This document shows, one piece after another, positions 29,125 through 38,040 of a DNA stretch of 52,813 nucleotides; positions within the stretch are counted from its first letter, which is position 1, and the number at the start of each line of letters is the position of its first letter. The notes under the pieces are model-generated. The model had not been told where the DNA came from. It did no database searches and was given only the letters and a program-made list of their open reading frames with translations. This DNA is from Bryobacteraceae bacterium (lineage in GTDB: Bacteria > Acidobacteriota > Terriglobia > Bryobacterales > Bryobacteraceae), in contig DATFZA010000814.1 of the NCBI GenBank assembly GCA_035314765.1, forward strand, positions 1-52,813. The letters run 5' to 3'. The position numbers were made by a program, and so were the translations under genes.

Positions 29125-29345
29125 CCATGGATGCGAGTCCGCGGAATAGTCGAAACAACGTGGGGGCCTACGAAGGCTTCCTGAGGCGCAATCCGGTGAC
29201 TGGTCCGGAAAGTCCGCCGGAGCTGTTGCGGACGGCCCACTCCTTCGATGCTGCGGTGCGGAGGGAGCTATACAAGGTGAGCGCCTGCTGCGAACCGAAG
29301 GTGAGTGCCGGAACGCCGGCCGTTTGGTGGGATCCCTGGGCGGCG
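29125..29345 (+). pseudogene. relic of a second [NiFe] large-subunit C-terminus plus a remnant of a protease tail
   Basis: DASPRNSRNNVGAYEGFLRRNPVTGPESPPELLRTAHSFDAAV aligns with HybC NASPRDAQGNVGPYEASLMRNPVADPERPLELLRTVHSFDPCM, but the DPCxxCxxH Ni-ligand motif is destroyed. 29323-29334 (TTTGGTGGGATC) is identical to the IWWD codons of the hybD tail. Confidence 0.55.
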
Positions 29346-29398
29346 CGGCTGGAAAGGTCCGCCGATCGGGAGCGCTGGGAATCGATTGGTGAGCAGCG

Positions 29399-31050
29399 AT
29401 GTATCGAACTTGTAGATTGATCGTCACCGTGCTCTTCGCATCGGCCGTTCTGGCGGACGATTCCACTGCCCGCCTGCCAAACCAGGTGGCTTTCGAACAG
29501 CAAGTGCTGACGTTCATCGCCGATACGATCGACTGGTATCGCCACCTCCCTACCGCCCAGCGAATCGGGACGGAGCCGGGCGACTCGTTATTTCTGGAGA
29601 GCAACCGGTCCATCGCTGTGGAAATCGTGCGGCTATCGTTTGAATTCGGCAAAGCCGTCGCGGCCATCGAAGGGCAGCAGAATTCGGCGGACCACCCGGA
29701 ATCCGCCGCCCGTAGTGACTTGCGTGATTTGATGGCGGAGAGAGCGAAGCTGGATGCAAACACCAAAGAGGCTGTCGATCAACTGAAATCGGTCACACAA
29801 GTAACGCCCACGGCTAGTCCTGCTGATTCGAAGAAGCTGCATACTCAAATGGCTGCGTTTCAAAGCCGCATTGAACTGCTGAAGGCGATGTCAGCAAATT
29901 ACGATGAGCTGATTGGTTTTGTTCGAACCGCCAGTGCCGAAGCGGATGGCGTCACCAATATGGCGGTACTGGTCGAAAACCTGGAGCGGACGGTTCCGGA
30001 GTATCCGAGGCGGCTCCTCCTTCACAGACCTCGAATTTCCCCGCCGAAGCTTCGCGTGCATCTCACGGCATTATGGGAATGATCTCCCGGGCGTCCATGC
30101 TGGCGCGCAAGGAGCAGATTATTGCGGAAATGATCGAGCGAACGGATACATTAATTAACCAAATCTCTCCAGAGCGTGCGAACTCCTCTTACGGAGCCGT
30201 TTCGGAAACAGCTCTTGACGTTCCTGGAGCGGGAGCAATCGCGGCTGACTCATCTGCTCGCGGCAGTAAGAACGGCGTCGTTCCCCATCGCCGCCCTGAG
30301 CAAGCAGCAGATGCTCCCGAACCTATACAGGTCACACCTCGCCGAGCGGCGTTCTGAAATTCAAAAGGAAGATCTGGCTACCTGGAAGGCGCTGATCAGG
30401 CATCTGATTGTTTTGGGGGTGGCCATTACAATGCTGCTGGCAACCAGCGTTGTGGTGCGCAGGCTCGCGAACCGGCATGTGCACGAGGGCCACAGGCGCC
30501 AGATGTGGCTGCTTGGCAGCCGGGTTTTGTTGTAGCTGATCATCCTTGTCCTGGTTCTGTACACTTTTGCGTTCGATCTGAGTTCATTGGCGACATTCCT
30601 CGGACTTCTATCCGCCGGCCTGGCGGTGGGCCTTCACGATGTGCTTCTGGCAATCGGCGGCTACCTGCTGATCGTTCGGAGATTTAACGTACGGATTGGT
30701 GACCAGGTTCAGATATCGGAGGTGACCGGCGAAGTGACAAATCTCGGGCTCCAGGAGATTGAGCTGAGCGAAATCGATACGGCATCGGGGCAGTGGACCG
30801 GCCGGGTCGCATTCTTCTCGAATTCGTACGTCTTCGTCTCACCAGCCACGCCCCTCGTCAGGCAGTTCAGTGTGCCAGCGTGAGGTGTCCGTTGGCGACA
30901 GAACTGCCGAGACTGGGGAACTCAGCGGAAACTCGTTGTTTCGGACGAAGCTCACCGTCGGAACCACAGGTCACCGTGAGTGGACCAACCACTTCCGGAT
31001 CCGAAAGCGCCAACGCTCGCCACTGTGCGCTGATCGAACGTTACGCCTAG
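29399..31050 (+). pseudogene. MscS-family mechanosensitive channel with long periplasmic N-domain, multiply disrupted
   Basis: Signal peptide and coiled N-domain (29399-30082). Homologous reading continues in other frames (30073-, 30176-). An in-frame TAG lies at 30533-30535 inside a TM helix. The MscS core follows: LLSAGLAVGLHDVLLAIGGYLLIVRRFNVRIGDQVQISEVTGEVTNLGL. The C-terminal domain after 30883 is scrambled. Confidence 0.7.
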
Positions 31051-31584
31051 CCAATTCTTCCCGTTGCGGATTCGCGATAATAGAAAGGGCGGTCCTCGAG
31101 GAAGGTGCGCACCGGGGGCCGCGAGCGCGCCAAACACATCGCGGGTGCGGTTGAAACTCTGGAGTGGCCTGGCGCCGGGCGCGGAAGGGGAGTTGGCCGT
31201 TCCGGGCCGAATCGCTTACGGCACAGCGCATCGCCGTGAGGGATTGTGGGCTGTTTGGTAAGAGCGAAGGTGTTCACACCGAGTTTTTCCGGATAAACTT
31301 TGGCTTCTCCGAGAGTGCCCATCTCTAAAACGGCCGCGTCCGGAGTCGGCGCCGTCGTGGCACAACAATGGCGCACTCCAGTGGGCTGCAGTGGGTTATT
31401 CAGACTGATTCTTGGAGACTTATGGAAGTTAGGACTGATCCGGGTTCAGTCGTCATAGGGCGCCCTGCGAGGAGCGAGAAAACGGGCGTGGCGCTTCTCC
31501 CATCCACTGCTGATCGATTGGGTGGACGCGCCACCCCCCGGCCGCGACTCTGAGTGGCGCGTACATCCCGTCAAACCTCAGGCG

Positions 31585-32705
31585 TCATTCAAGCACTTCG
31601 AGCAGCAGCGCTTGTACTTTTTCGGCGGCGGCATCCTGCATATGGGGCAGAACGTGAGAATAAACATCGAGCGTGAACGCCACGCTGGCATGGCCCAGTT
31701 GTTCACTGATCACCGTTGGGGAGACTCCCGCGATCAATGAAATGGTTGCGGCCGTATGGCGCAGGTCGTACAGCCGTATCGCCGGCAGTTCCGCCGACCT
31801 AAGCAAGGGCTTGAAATAGTCCTGCACGAAACGCGGCTCGCGGATTGGTCCCCAGCGTCGGGCACGAAACAGCAGGATGTCGCCACGGGCTTCCAGTTCC
31901 TCTCCGCTTGTTTTCGGAAGAGGGCCACGACCCAAGCCTGGAGCTTTATCAAGCGGCGGCTTCGTGCCCGCTTCGTTTCGGCGAACTGCCAACCACCTTT
32001 TCGCCATTCAAGCGTGTGGGAAACACTAACCGTTCCACGGTCGAGATCGATGTCGTTCCATGTCAGGCCAAGGTATTCACTGGGCCGCATTCCGGTTGTC
32101 ACGGCGAGTGCGAACAGGGAATGGTAGCGATGGCCCGAGATCGCCTTGACGAATGTTCTCGCTTGTTCGACGTTTAGTACTCCAAATTGTCGTCGGTCCT
32201 GTCTGGGCAGATCAACTGCGTCGGCCGGGTTCGACAGGATGAGGTTCCAGCGCGCCGCCTGCTTCAAAGCCGAGCACAAAACTGCGTGGGGGGTATAGCG
32301 GATCGAACGTGCCGAGAGCCTCCGGGCTAGAAGATCTCCGAAGAGCGTCTGAATGTCGAACGCTGAAATAGATGCCAATGCTTTTGGCCCAAGTCCAGGG
32401 CGCACGTAACGGCGTAGCAGCCCTTCGTAGTCTTTGAGACTCTTCGCGCGCAACCGCGGCTTCGCACAGAGTTCGATCCAGCGGTTCAAGTATTGATCGA
32501 GAGTTTGCTTCGACGAGTTGAGCTTTCGCCCACGGTCTCGCTCGCCGAGCATTTTGTTCAGGTGAGCCTGAGCCTCCCGGAGTCCGCCGTGGATAGTTTG
32601 GTTCAAATAGGTTCGCCTCTTAGTTTCTGAGTCGCGGCCGGTGTACACTCGCACCAGCCAGGTAGAACTGCCGCGTCGGACGATCTGGCCGACTTTTCGT
32701 GCCAT
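31585..32705 (-). pseudogene. tyrosine recombinase / phage-type integrase, frameshifted
   Basis: The N-terminal part (ATG 32705, MARKVGQIVRRGSSTWLVRVY..., SAM-like and core-binding regions) is in one frame. The catalytic C-terminus (IRLYDLRHTAATISL...GHASVAFTLDVYSHV) is in another. The switch lies between about 31900 and 31960. Confidence 0.8.
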
Positions 32706-32814
32706 AGGGCACCTCCGGCAGTGCGGGGAAAACAAATGGCACGTGGTTTGGTGGGCGGACGCCGCAATCCACCTCCCAACCCAGAAATGAAACTGGCATC
32801 GAGCGACCGCGGCC

Positions 32815-33083
32815 ATGCATCGCGTACCCGGAACCACCCTGGTTGAGTATACGAAAGCCAAATGCATCGGCTGCCGGATGTGCACCATTGCGTGCCCGTT
32901 CGGCAATGCGGTCTACGACAGCTTCACGGAATCGATCTTGAAATGCGCACCTGTGGCGGCGACCCGGCGTGTGTCGCCTACTGCCCCAGCCATGCGCTCG
33001 AATTCGTGGACGACAACATCTCGACGCGGACGCGGAAAAAGGCGTTCGCATCCAGATTCAAGGAAGCATTCCAGGAGGCATAG
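32815..33083 (+). pseudogene. 4Fe-4S dicluster ferredoxin-type subunit, 5'-truncated and frameshifted
   Basis: KCIGCRMCTIACPFGNAV in one frame, [18 protein letters not shown] in the next, with a 1-nt lesion near 32948. Only about 85 aa remain and the N-terminus abuts the integrase upstream region. Confidence 0.6.
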
Positions 33084-33085
33084 CC

Positions 33086-34815
33086 ATGAGCGGATGGAGC
33101 GGCACGATTGCCCGAATCAACCTGACGACCGGCGCCATCAAGAAAGAACGAACCAATCTCAAGGACGCCGCCCTGTTCCTGGGCGCGCGCGGACTGGGCG
33201 TCAAGATTCTCAGCGACGAGATCGACGCCACCATCGAGCCCCTGTCGCCGGAGAACAAGCTGATCTTTGCACCCGGACCTTTCTCCGGCACCTTTGCGCC
33301 TTCGGCCGGCCGGTATCACGTAGTGACCAAAAGCCCTTTGACGGGAGCCATCGCGGGATCGAACTCCGGCGGAGTGTGGGGGCCGCAGTTGAGATACGCC
33401 GGGTATGACGCATTGATATTCGAAGGCAAAGCAGAGAAACCCGTCTACCTCTGGATCAAGGACGGCCACATGGAACTACGAGATGCGTCGCATCTCTGGG
33501 GCAAATGGGTGCCGGACACGACTGAGGCTGTGCGCGCCGAAACCGACGACGATGCCAGTGTCGCGTGCATCGGTCCGGCCGGCGAGAAGCAGGTGCTGAT
33601 CGCCGCCATCATGAACGAGATGCATCGCGCCGCCGGACGTTCGGGTGTGGGCGCCGTCATGGGCTCCAAAAAACCTCAAGGCTGTGGCCGTGGTCGGGAC
33701 GAGAGCGATTCCGTTAGCGTTAGCAGCCCCCAAGGCCTTCGAAGCCGCCGTGCTGGAGGCGCGCAAAAAGATCGCGGCGAACCCGGTGGCTCAGGGCCTG
33801 GGGACCTATGGCACTGAGGTACTGGTTAACATCCTGAATCAGATCGGCTCTCTGCCTACGCACAACTTCCGGGAGGGATATTTCCCGGCGGCCGACAAGA
33901 CGGGCGGAGAATCCTTGAAGGCTACACTGCTAGTGCGCCCCAAAGGCTGTTTCTCGTGTGTGATCAGTTGCGGGCGCGTCACCAAGATCAAGAACCCCAA
34001 GTACGCCAGCGAAGGGGAAGGCCCGGAATACGAAGCCGGGTGGTGCATGGGGGCGGATAGCGGGATCGACGACCTGGAAGCGATCACCAAGGCCAATCAC
34101 CTGTGCAACGAGCTTGGACTTGACAGCATTTCCATGGGCGCGACCGTCGCCTGTGCCATGGATCTGTATGAGCACGGCTTCATTCCCAAGGAGGACGCGG
34201 ACGGCCTCGACCTTCACTTCGGCAACGCCGAAACCATGGTGAAGCTGACCAGGATGACCGGTCTGCGCGAGGGCATCGGCGACAAGCTGGCGCTGGGCTC
34301 CTTCCGGTTCGCTTCGCTTTATGGCCATCCCGAGTACTCGATGACGGTGAAGAAGCAGGAAATCCCTGCCTACGATCCGCGCGGAGTGCAGGGTATCGGC
34401 CTCGAATATGCCACCTGTAATCGCGGCGGCTGCCACGTTAAGGGCTACACCATCTCGGTCGAAGTGCTCGGTCAAGGGCCCAATCTCGACCCGCGGGTTA
34501 TTACCGCCAAGCCATTCTGGGTAAAGCTGTTCCAGGACGTGACGGCGGCGGTGGACGCCGCTGGTGGCTGCATCTTCGGCACGTTCGGCATGGATGTTGG
34601 AGCGCAAAATCGGCCAACAAGCGTTGGATCTGGAGTTTTTGACAAGAGCCTTCAAGCTTGTAAAGGAGTCACGCCAGAAGAACACCGGCACTGGCGAGAC
34701 AGCATCTACGGAGAAATCCGAAGCATGATGCGGCGGAAAGGCTTCGAAGCCAGTCACGCCTGCCAGATCGCCAAGGCAGCCGCGCGGTTTCTATCGCCAC
34801 TGTGCATAACACGAA
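33086..34815 (+). pseudogene. aldehyde:ferredoxin oxidoreductase (AOR family), frameshifted and 3'-truncated
   Basis: N-terminus [16 protein letters not shown]...[13 protein letters not shown]. The frame breaks in the A6 run 33668-33673 (expected reading [16 protein letters not shown]). It continues through CFSCVISCGR and EYATCNRGGCHVKGY. The last roughly 50 aa are replaced by the IS3 fragment. Confidence 0.8.
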
Positions 34816-34827
34816 CCGCGCCAGGCC

Positions 34828-34989
34828 GATGTGGCCTTGCGGGACCTGATTCAAAAAGTCGCGCTGGAGAACCGCTTTTACGGATACCGCCGGGTGACGG
34901 CAGAACTGCAACACCGCGGCACTGTGGTGAACCACAAACGGGTATTGCGGTTGATGCGCGCCGACAACAGACAGAAACGCGGGACCTGA
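34828..34989 (+). mobile_element. IS3-family transposase (OrfB N-terminal region) fragment
   Basis: Frame-1 translation DVALRDLIQKVALENRFYGYRRVTAELQHRGTVVNHKRVLRLMRADN matches my recollection of the region preceding the DDE core of IS3 OrfB. There is no start codon, no DDE core and no inverted repeats. Confidence 0.6.
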
Positions 34990-35560
34990 AACGCCACTTT
35001 TTTTCACGGGTTGGATGGCCCCAGAAAGTCGCCAGTTAGACTGTTTCTTTCAGGTGGTCAGCGCAGGTGGTCACCCATTGGGAATCGTGCAATCTCATCT
35101 GGCTCATAGGTTTACGGCGAGATCCAATCCGTTCACTCGACAACCAGGCTGGGCCGACGGCTCGCAGTCCGGTGGCAGTTCGGGAACGGCAAAAAGAGGA
35201 AGGCCGCGTACCTGTCCGCGCACCTGCCCTGCGCACCTGAAAAAGTCACTGTAACTAACCTGCTCGCGCAGCAGGCCAAGCGGCTGAAAATAATGGAGTT
35301 CCAGGTCCCACGATTTGAGCCGGCGATGACTCGTCTCGCGCCGGATGCCACCCGTGGGCAACGTGGTACGGCGTGTTGCGGTGTCTGGCTCCGGGTTGGC
35401 TGGATGTTGGTCCCACCTCCTCGGGAGCCCCTGGGGCCCCTGACCGGCATGGCCGATCCCAGACCACTGCGGAAATTCCGCAGTCGCTGATGTCACATGG
35501 GAGTTTCCCAAGCGGCCATGTCGGAACGGCGTCGGGACCGACTCCTGGGTGGTGATGGGA

Positions 35561-35654
35561 GGCGAAGGCGAAGGCGACGCCAACTACAACTTGTGGGATA
35601 TTTGGCACAAGTCGGTCGCGGTTGGAGATCTGAGGCAACCTCGGCAACCTCGGC
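35561..35654. repeat. cluster of short tandem and inverted repeats in non-coding relic DNA
   Basis: Three elements: (GGCGAA)2GGCGAC at 35561-35578; inverted repeat ACTTGTG-N10-CACAAGT at 35589-35612; (GGCAACCTC)2GGC at 35634-35654. Confidence 0.7.
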
Positions 35655-35693
35655 GCAATTACGCCGAAGCGGCGCGAGCCCATCCTGAATGGT

Positions 35694-35770
35694 CGGGCGG
35701 GGATGCCGGCAGGGGTTTTGTAGGTTTTGTAGGTTCGAGTTTGGCGATTGCCTCCAAGATTCAACGGCAG
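35694..35770 (-). repeat. ~70-bp intergenic element, copy a (contains 2 x GGTTTTGTA at 35714-35733)
   Basis: Read on the minus strand it aligns with copy b: CTGCCGTT(T)GAAT..GG.GGCAATCGCCAA...CCTACAAAACCTACAAAACCCCTGC.GGCATCCC. Confidence 0.75.
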
Positions 35771-35936
35771 CATCGCCGCCCGCAAAATTGACAGGTCCGG
35801 CATGGATCTCGGGCGATCCCTCGGACGTGGCACCCACAAAACCTACAGAACCGGTTTTGATGGTCTTGCAGGTACGCTTCCTGCCGAATCCGCCGAGGTG
35901 GGGAGCGTCGGTTTCAATCCAGCCGCTGGCCCCGCT
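35771..35936 (-). pseudogene. degenerate N-terminal fragment of a paralogue of gene X (37417-38040)
   Basis: Minus-strand translation WIETDAPHLGGFGRKRTCKTIKTGSVGFVGATSEGSPEIHAGP aligns with X WLDWNSKVCISGDSAGGEPTKPSKPGFVGFVGTTSPESPKIDAEP. It has no start codon. The body is deleted, so it runs straight into element copy a. It includes the degenerate palindrome 35833-35872. Confidence 0.45.
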
Positions 35937-36722
35937 TCACCGAAAACGTCTCAACTGGGGAAATTCCCCAGTCGGTGACAAACCGCAATCGCCCTGTGCC
36001 TCGACGAGGCAGCCCAGCGCGACCTTCACCAATGCCGCCGCCACTTCTTCGGCGCGATACACCGGCACGCGCCGGATCACCGCCACCTGCTCGTTGATGA
36101 CGTATGAGTGCCGGCCCTTCGGATCGAATTCCGCGAACACCGCCAGTATCGCCGCCACCGCTTCTCGGGTGAGACGCTGGCCCGCCGGCTCCACGTCCAG
36201 ACTGATCTGCGCCAAGTGTCTGGTCCGAATCACCACGACCTCAGGACGATGCTCCTGCCGGCACGCCCGGTTGTGCTCCTGCGCTCGCAGCCCTTGCGCC
36301 CCTTCGAGGACCTCGTAACCCTTCTCGCGCCATCGATTCCGTACCAGCCATCCGCGACCGTACAGCCTCCGCTGGTGCTTCTCCCAGAGGCTCAGTTCAC
36401 TGGCGGGCTTCACGCGAAAGCGCCAGTTCAACTCGCCCTCATCCACAGGAAGAAAGCCCGCCGCCAGCATGGCGCCCTTGAACGCGCCGTTGTAGACATA
36501 GAACCCGTCCGGCTCGCGATCGAAGTCGTGTTTCATGCCGTAGCTATTGCGTCGAAAGACGGTCTTGGCAGGTACGAGCACGGCGAGGATCCAGTCCACC
36601 AGGGCGGACTGCTGCTCGGGTTCGAGCTTCTGGAATCCGTCCGGGTCGTTGGCCTCCCAATCCTTCTCGGCCAGCTCATCCCTTCGGCGTCCTCTCGCCA
36701 TGTAGATCGCTTTGTAATCCAT
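35937..36722 (-). CDS. hypothetical protein (gene Z of primase operon)
   Basis: 261-aa ORF starting 3 nt after the stop of gene Y. I recognise no motif. Confidence 0.6.
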   Translation of the reverse strand: MDYKAIYMARGRRRDELAEKDWEANDPDGFQKLEPEQQSALVDWILAVLVPAKTVFRRNSYGMKHDFDREPDGFYVYNGAFKGAMLAAGFLPVDEGELNWRFRVKPASELSLWEKHQRRLYGRGWLVRNRWREKGYEVLEGAQGLRAQEHNRACRQEHRPEVVVIRTRHLAQISLDVEPAGQRLTREAVAAILAVFAEFDPKGRHSYVINEQVAVIRRVPVYRAEEVAAALVKVALGCLVEAQGDCGLSPTGEFPQLRRFR

Positions 36723-36725
36723 ATT

Positions 36726-37325
36726 TCAGTTCACCTCCAAGGCCGCGCCATCAAAGTAGTTGAACGATCCGAGCCAGCAGTTCACCCAAGGGATGCCGCG
36801 ACCTGTCAACGAGTGGAATTGAAGATCTTCCATCTGACAGCGCAAGAATTGGACCAGGTGGAGGGCGCGGATCGCGTCGTCCATAATCCGAACCGGGAGA
36901 TGCCTGCGCAGCCGGATGATGTCCAGGAAGCGGCGTACCGCGGGTTGTGCTGGCCCCAATGCCCTCGCCGCCGTGATGTGCTGGTCCACCGCCCACAGGC
37001 CGGCGGCCTGCGGGACGATGGCGGCCGATTCCAAGGTGGCTCCTTCCATCCAACAGCCAACGGATTCCGCATCGCCAGACAGGGTGCGCAACTGAAGTGC
37101 TCCCATGCCGGCCTGAATTCTGTCGAGGGCTTGATGGATGCCCTTCACGGTGCCCGGAATCCGGCGACAAACATCTGCTGCCGATCGGCCGGCCCGGCGT
37201 CCATCTTTAAGAGTTTTCAAGATGGCGTTCTCGAACTCGGCTACCGAACGGTGGATCGTGGACCACTCGTGCGCGGCGGCGCGATGGTCGTCGATGGTCA
37301 TGACGGTATAGTGTTTTCTGTTCAT
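36726..37325 (-). CDS. hypothetical protein (gene Y of primase operon)
   Basis: 199-aa ORF with a GGAGGAA SD 7 nt upstream of ATG 37325. I recognise no motif. Confidence 0.6.
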   Translation of the reverse strand: MNRKHYTVMTIDDHRAAAHEWSTIHRSVAEFENAILKTLKDGRRAGRSAADVCRRIPGTVKGIHQALDRIQAGMGALQLRTLSGDAESVGCWMEGATLESAAIVPQAAGLWAVDQHITAARALGPAQPAVRRFLDIIRLRRHLPVRIMDDAIRALHLVQFLRCQMEDLQFHSLTGRGIPWVNCWLGSFNYFDGAALEVN

Positions 37326-37347
37326 AGCAATTCCTCCTATCGTGGTT

Positions 37348-37414
37348 GGGCGGGATGCCCGCAGGGGTTTTGAAGGTTTGGGCTTGGCGATTGCCGCCAG
37401 AATTCAAACGGCAG
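37348..37414 (-). repeat. ~70-bp intergenic element, copy b (degenerate 9-mers at 37366-37383)
   Basis: Lies between the stop of X and the SD of Y. Homologous to copy a. Confidence 0.75.
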
Positions 37415-37416
37415 AG

Positions 37417-38040
37417 TCACCGCCCGTTCCGTTTGCGCTCACCGTGTAGAACCGTCGCGGCCGTAATCCGTCCGGACCGCCTGGTGACGCCTTGTTCCAA
37501 GAAGAGCCGGTTCAGCGCCGCGGCTTTCCCGTCCGCCCAAGAACTGGCTTTCGAGCACCAGCCCATTTCTTGCAGCATCCGGTCCCGGACTTTCCAGGGC
37601 TCGTCCGGGTGCCGTTCCATTTCCGCCAGCACGTCCAGGGGCACGGGCTCGCCCTCTACGCGCCGCAGTTTGTATCGGGCCGGTACGCCGGCGCCATCCA
37701 GGTATCGCACAGGAAGTTGGTCCGATCCGAAAGTGCGCAGTGCCTTTCGAATCTCGGGCCCGTCCAGATCGCTCCAGATGCCGATAGTCGTAACGCCGTC
37801 GAGTTGCATGATGCGAACGCCGCCCCGGTTCAGAACTGAGGATGCCCGGGCCAATACCGCCGGGGCCGGTTCGGCATCAATCTTGGGAGATTCAGGGGAA
37901 GTGGTACCTACAAAACCTACAAAACCCGGTTTTGATGGTTTTGTAGGCTCGCCTCCTGCCGAATCCCCCGAGATACAAACCTTCGAGTTCCAATCCAGCC
38001 ACCGGCTCCGCTTTTCCGGGCCGGCCGCCGTGGCACTCAT
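37417..38040 (-). CDS. hypothetical protein (gene X) with PTKPSKPGFVGFVG motif
   Basis: Start ATG 38040 overlaps the primase stop (ATGA). 207 aa. The motif is encoded by the 41-bp palindrome 37907-37947. Confidence 0.65.
   Translation of the reverse strand: MSATAAGPEKRSRWLDWNSKVCISGDSAGGEPTKPSKPGFVGFVGTTSPESPKIDAEPAPAVLARASSVLNRGGVRIMQLDGVTTIGIWSDLDGPEIRKALRTFGSDQLPVRYLDGAGVPARYKLRRVEGEPVPLDVLAEMERHPDEPWKVRDRMLQEMGWCSKASSWADGKAAALNRLFLEQGVTRRSGRITAATVLHGERKRNGR
37907..37947. repeat. 41-bp near-perfect palindrome made of four 9-bp units (2 x CCTACAAAA, C, GGTTTTGAT GGTTTTGTA GG)
   Basis: The arms match at 18/20 positions. It lies inside the gene X coding sequence. Confidence 0.85.

Noticed and set aside
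31527-31561. Hairpin CGCGCCAC-N19-GTGGCGCG just downstream of the integrase stop, as a terminator or att core.
   Set aside because: The loop is long (19 nt), there is no T-run, and no second copy occurs elsewhere in the window.
35255-35839. 194-aa minus-strand ORF, plus the plus-strand ORF 35549-35791 that contains GFVGFVG.
   Set aside because: Their compositions are dominated by translated short DNA repeats (PRLPRLPQ, AFAFAS, EGEGD). The region is better explained as a relic plus a repeat tract, and no credible RBS or start is present.
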